A stretch of DNA of 44,818 nucleotides from a virus. Below the pieces are notes generated by a model that had not been told where the DNA came from, did no database searches, and worked only from the letters and a program-made list of their open reading frames with translations. The stretch spans positions 1 through 44,818 of IMG/VR virus record IMGVR_UViG_3300045988_101875. The stretch is one strand, 5' to 3'. The position numbers were made by a program, and so were the translations under genes. Shown one piece after another: positions 42,936 through 44,818 of this stretch (positions within the stretch are counted from its first letter, which is position 1; each line of letters opens with the position of its first letter).

Positions 42936-44818
42936 TTGAAAATTAAGAAACGTGATGGGTCTCTCGTAGACTTTAATAAAGACAAAATTATTAATGCTAT
43001 CTCTAAGGCTGGCTTTGTAGCTTCAAAGACAAAAAATGCTATTGCTGATGTTGTTGAAAAGATGGCAAAAAAAGAAACACTAACTGTGGAAAAGATACAA
43101 GATATTGTGGAAACTGAGCTTATGCTGAACTATTACCCTGAGGTAGCTAGAGAATATGTTCGCTATCGCTATAAACGTGAGCTTATCCGTAATACCAAAG
43201 GTGCTTTGAGTGAAGTGCTTGAAATTGTCAACCTCAGCAACCAAGATGTGAATGAGGAGAACTCTAATAAGAACCCTGTTATTTTGTCGACCCAACGTGA
43301 CTATATGGCAGGTATGGTCTCTAAAGAGCTTTCTGAAAAGCTGTTGTTCCCTCCGGATGTAATGAAGGCACATAAAGCAGGTATCATCCATGTGCATGAT
43401 ATGGACTATGCTATCCAAAAGATGTACAACTGTGCTCTGTTAGACATGGAAGACATGCTCCAAAATGGCACTGTAATCAATGGTACGATGATTGAAAAGC
43501 CACATAGCTTTGCTACTGCTTGCAATATTGCTACTCAGATTATGGCACAGGTCGCTTCTAACCAATATGGTGGGCAAAGTGTGTCGGTAGCACATTTAGC
43601 TCCTTTTGTCAATACCTCTAGACAAAAAATTAAAGAAGAAGTTAAGCAGGAACTAGAAGATATTCAGGCAGAGTATTGTGAGACAGACTTAGACTATATC
43701 ACAGAAAAGCGATTGAAAGCTGAAATCACTAAGGGTGTACAGACAATGCAATATCAGATTAATACCCTTATGACATCCAATGGTCAGACACCCTTTGTTA
43801 CCTTATTCTTATATCTTAATGAAGCTAAGAACGAGCAGGAGAAGAAAGACCTTGCTATGGTGATTGAGGAAATCATCCGTCAACGCTATCAGGGTGTCAA
43901 GAATGAAAAGGGTGCATGGATTGCTGCTGCGTTTCCTAAGCTGATTTATGTCTTAGAGGAAGACAACATCCGTAAGGGTACACCCTATTATTACCTCACA
44001 GAGATGTGTGCTAAATGTACTGCTAAGCGTATGCAGCCTGATTATTTGTCTGAGAAGATTATGCTGAAGAACAAGAAGACTGAAGATGGTGTGGGTCACT
44101 GCTATCCACCTATGGGATGCAGAAGCTTCTTGACACCCTATCTTGATGAGAATGGTAAAGCTAAATTCTATGGTCGCTTCAACCAAGGTGTTGTCTCCAT
44201 CAACCTTGTGGATGTGGCGTTGTCCGCTGGTAAAGACAAAAATAAATTTTGGTCTATTCTTGATGAGCGTTTGGAGTTGTGCCATAAAGCCTTACGTGTA
44301 AGACACCAAAACCTTAAAGGTACAATCTCTAATGTCTCCCCTATCCATTGGCAATATGGTGCTATTGCTCGTCTGCAAAAAGGTGAGAAGATTGACAAGC
44401 TGTTGGAAAATGGCTACTCCACTATCTCCCTTGGCTATGCAGGTCTCTATGAGTGTTGTATGGCAATGTTCGGTAAATCTCATACTGACCCTACTGTGAA
44501 ACCCTTTGCTCTCTCTGTCATGCAACATCTTAATGACAAATGTGCTGAATGGAAAGCTAAGGAACATTTAGGCTATAGTGTCTATGGTACTCCTATGGAG
44601 ACCACCACATATAAGTTTGCGAAGTGTCTTCGTGACCGCTTTGGGGTAATCAAGGAAGTCACTGACCATGATTACATTACCAATAGCTATCATGTGAATG
44701 TCCGTGAACCTATTGACCCCTTCACCAAACTGCAATTTGAATCTGAGTTTCAACTGCTCAGTCCGGGCGGTGCTATTAGCTACATTGAGTGTGCTGATAT
44801 GACCAAGAATATTGATGC
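42936..44818 (+). CDS. nrdD: Anaerobic ribonucleoside-triphosphate reductase NrdD, N-terminal and main part; continues at 1..254.
   Basis: TTG start with SD aaaggagg. N-terminal ATP-cone KIKKRDGSLVDFNKDKIINAI. Frame open to the window end. Total length 693 aa including the wrap. Confidence 0.85.
   Translation, partial: MKIKKRDGSLVDFNKDKIINAISKAGFVASKTKNAIADVVEKMAKKETLTVEKIQDIVETELMLNYYPEVAREYVRYRYKRELIRNTKGALSEVLEIVNLSNQDVNEENSNKNPVILSTQRDYMAGMVSKELSEKLLFPPDVMKAHKAGIIHVHDMDYAIQKMYNCALLDMEDMLQNGTVINGTMIEKPHSFATACNIATQIMAQVASNQYGGQSVSVAHLAPFVNTSRQKIKEEVKQELEDIQAEYCETDLDYITEKRLKAEITKGVQTMQYQINTLMTSNGQTPFVTLFLYLNEAKNEQEKKDLAMVIEEIIRQRYQGVKNEKGAWIAAAFPKLIYVLEEDNIRKGTPYYYLTEMCAKCTAKRMQPDYLSEKIMLKNKKTEDGVGHCYPPMGCRSFLTPYLDENGKAKFYGRFNQGVVSINLVDVALSAGKDKNKFWSILDERLELCHKALRVRHQNLKGTISNVSPIHWQYGAIARLQKGEKIDKLLENGYSTISLGYAGLYECCMAMFGKSHTDPTVKPFALSVMQHLNDKCAEWKAKEHLGYSVYGTPMETTTYKFAKCLRDRFGVIKEVTDHDYITNSYHVNVREPIDPFTKLQFESEFQLLSPGGAISYIECADMTKNID

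Noticed and set aside
1-44818. CRISPR arrays and IS or transposon elements.
   Set aside because: No regularly spaced direct repeats of 25-40 bp with unique spacers, and no transposase ORFs or terminal inverted repeats, were seen.

Overview
The window is a complete, circularly permuted genome of a T7-like (Autographiviridae-type) podophage, 44,763 bp long; positions 1-55 are an exact repeat of 44764-44818, so the window wraps around. Nearly all genes are on the + strand in the canonical T7 order. The order is: single-subunit RNA polymerase; a DNA-metabolism block (DUF3310, dUTPase, gp2.5-like SSB, endonuclease I, lysozyme-like protein, primase/helicase, family-A DNA polymerase, ThyX, gp6-like exonuclease); a structural block (portal, scaffold, capsid, tail tubular A/B, internal virion proteins gp13-16, tail fiber); then lysis genes, an anaerobic ribonucleotide reductase NrdD, and small and large terminase. 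Several features are unusual for this phage group. (i) A temperate module: tyrosine integrase and RHH repressor on the - strand, an excisionase, and a consensus sigma70 promoter with operator-like repeats. (ii) A DNA polymerase gene split by an approx. 686-bp insertion carrying an HNH endonuclease (group I intron-like), plus two further HNH endonucleases, one broken by a frameshift at a G6 run. (iii) A two-gene AT-rich insertion between the gp16-like gene and the tail fiber gene, encoding a small multi-TM protein plus a stand-alone GGDEF (diguanylate-cyclase-like, SGDEF motif) protein. (iv) A T7-lysozyme homolog that has lost its zinc ligands. (v) An origin-like region after the RNAP gene, with a triplicated 28-bp element and long inverted repeats. 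(vi) Two families of repeated hairpin-plus-motif intergenic elements in the early operon. No tRNA genes or CRISPR arrays were seen. Gene functions are assigned by reading the protein sequences for similarity to T7 proteins and conserved motifs; no database search was run.
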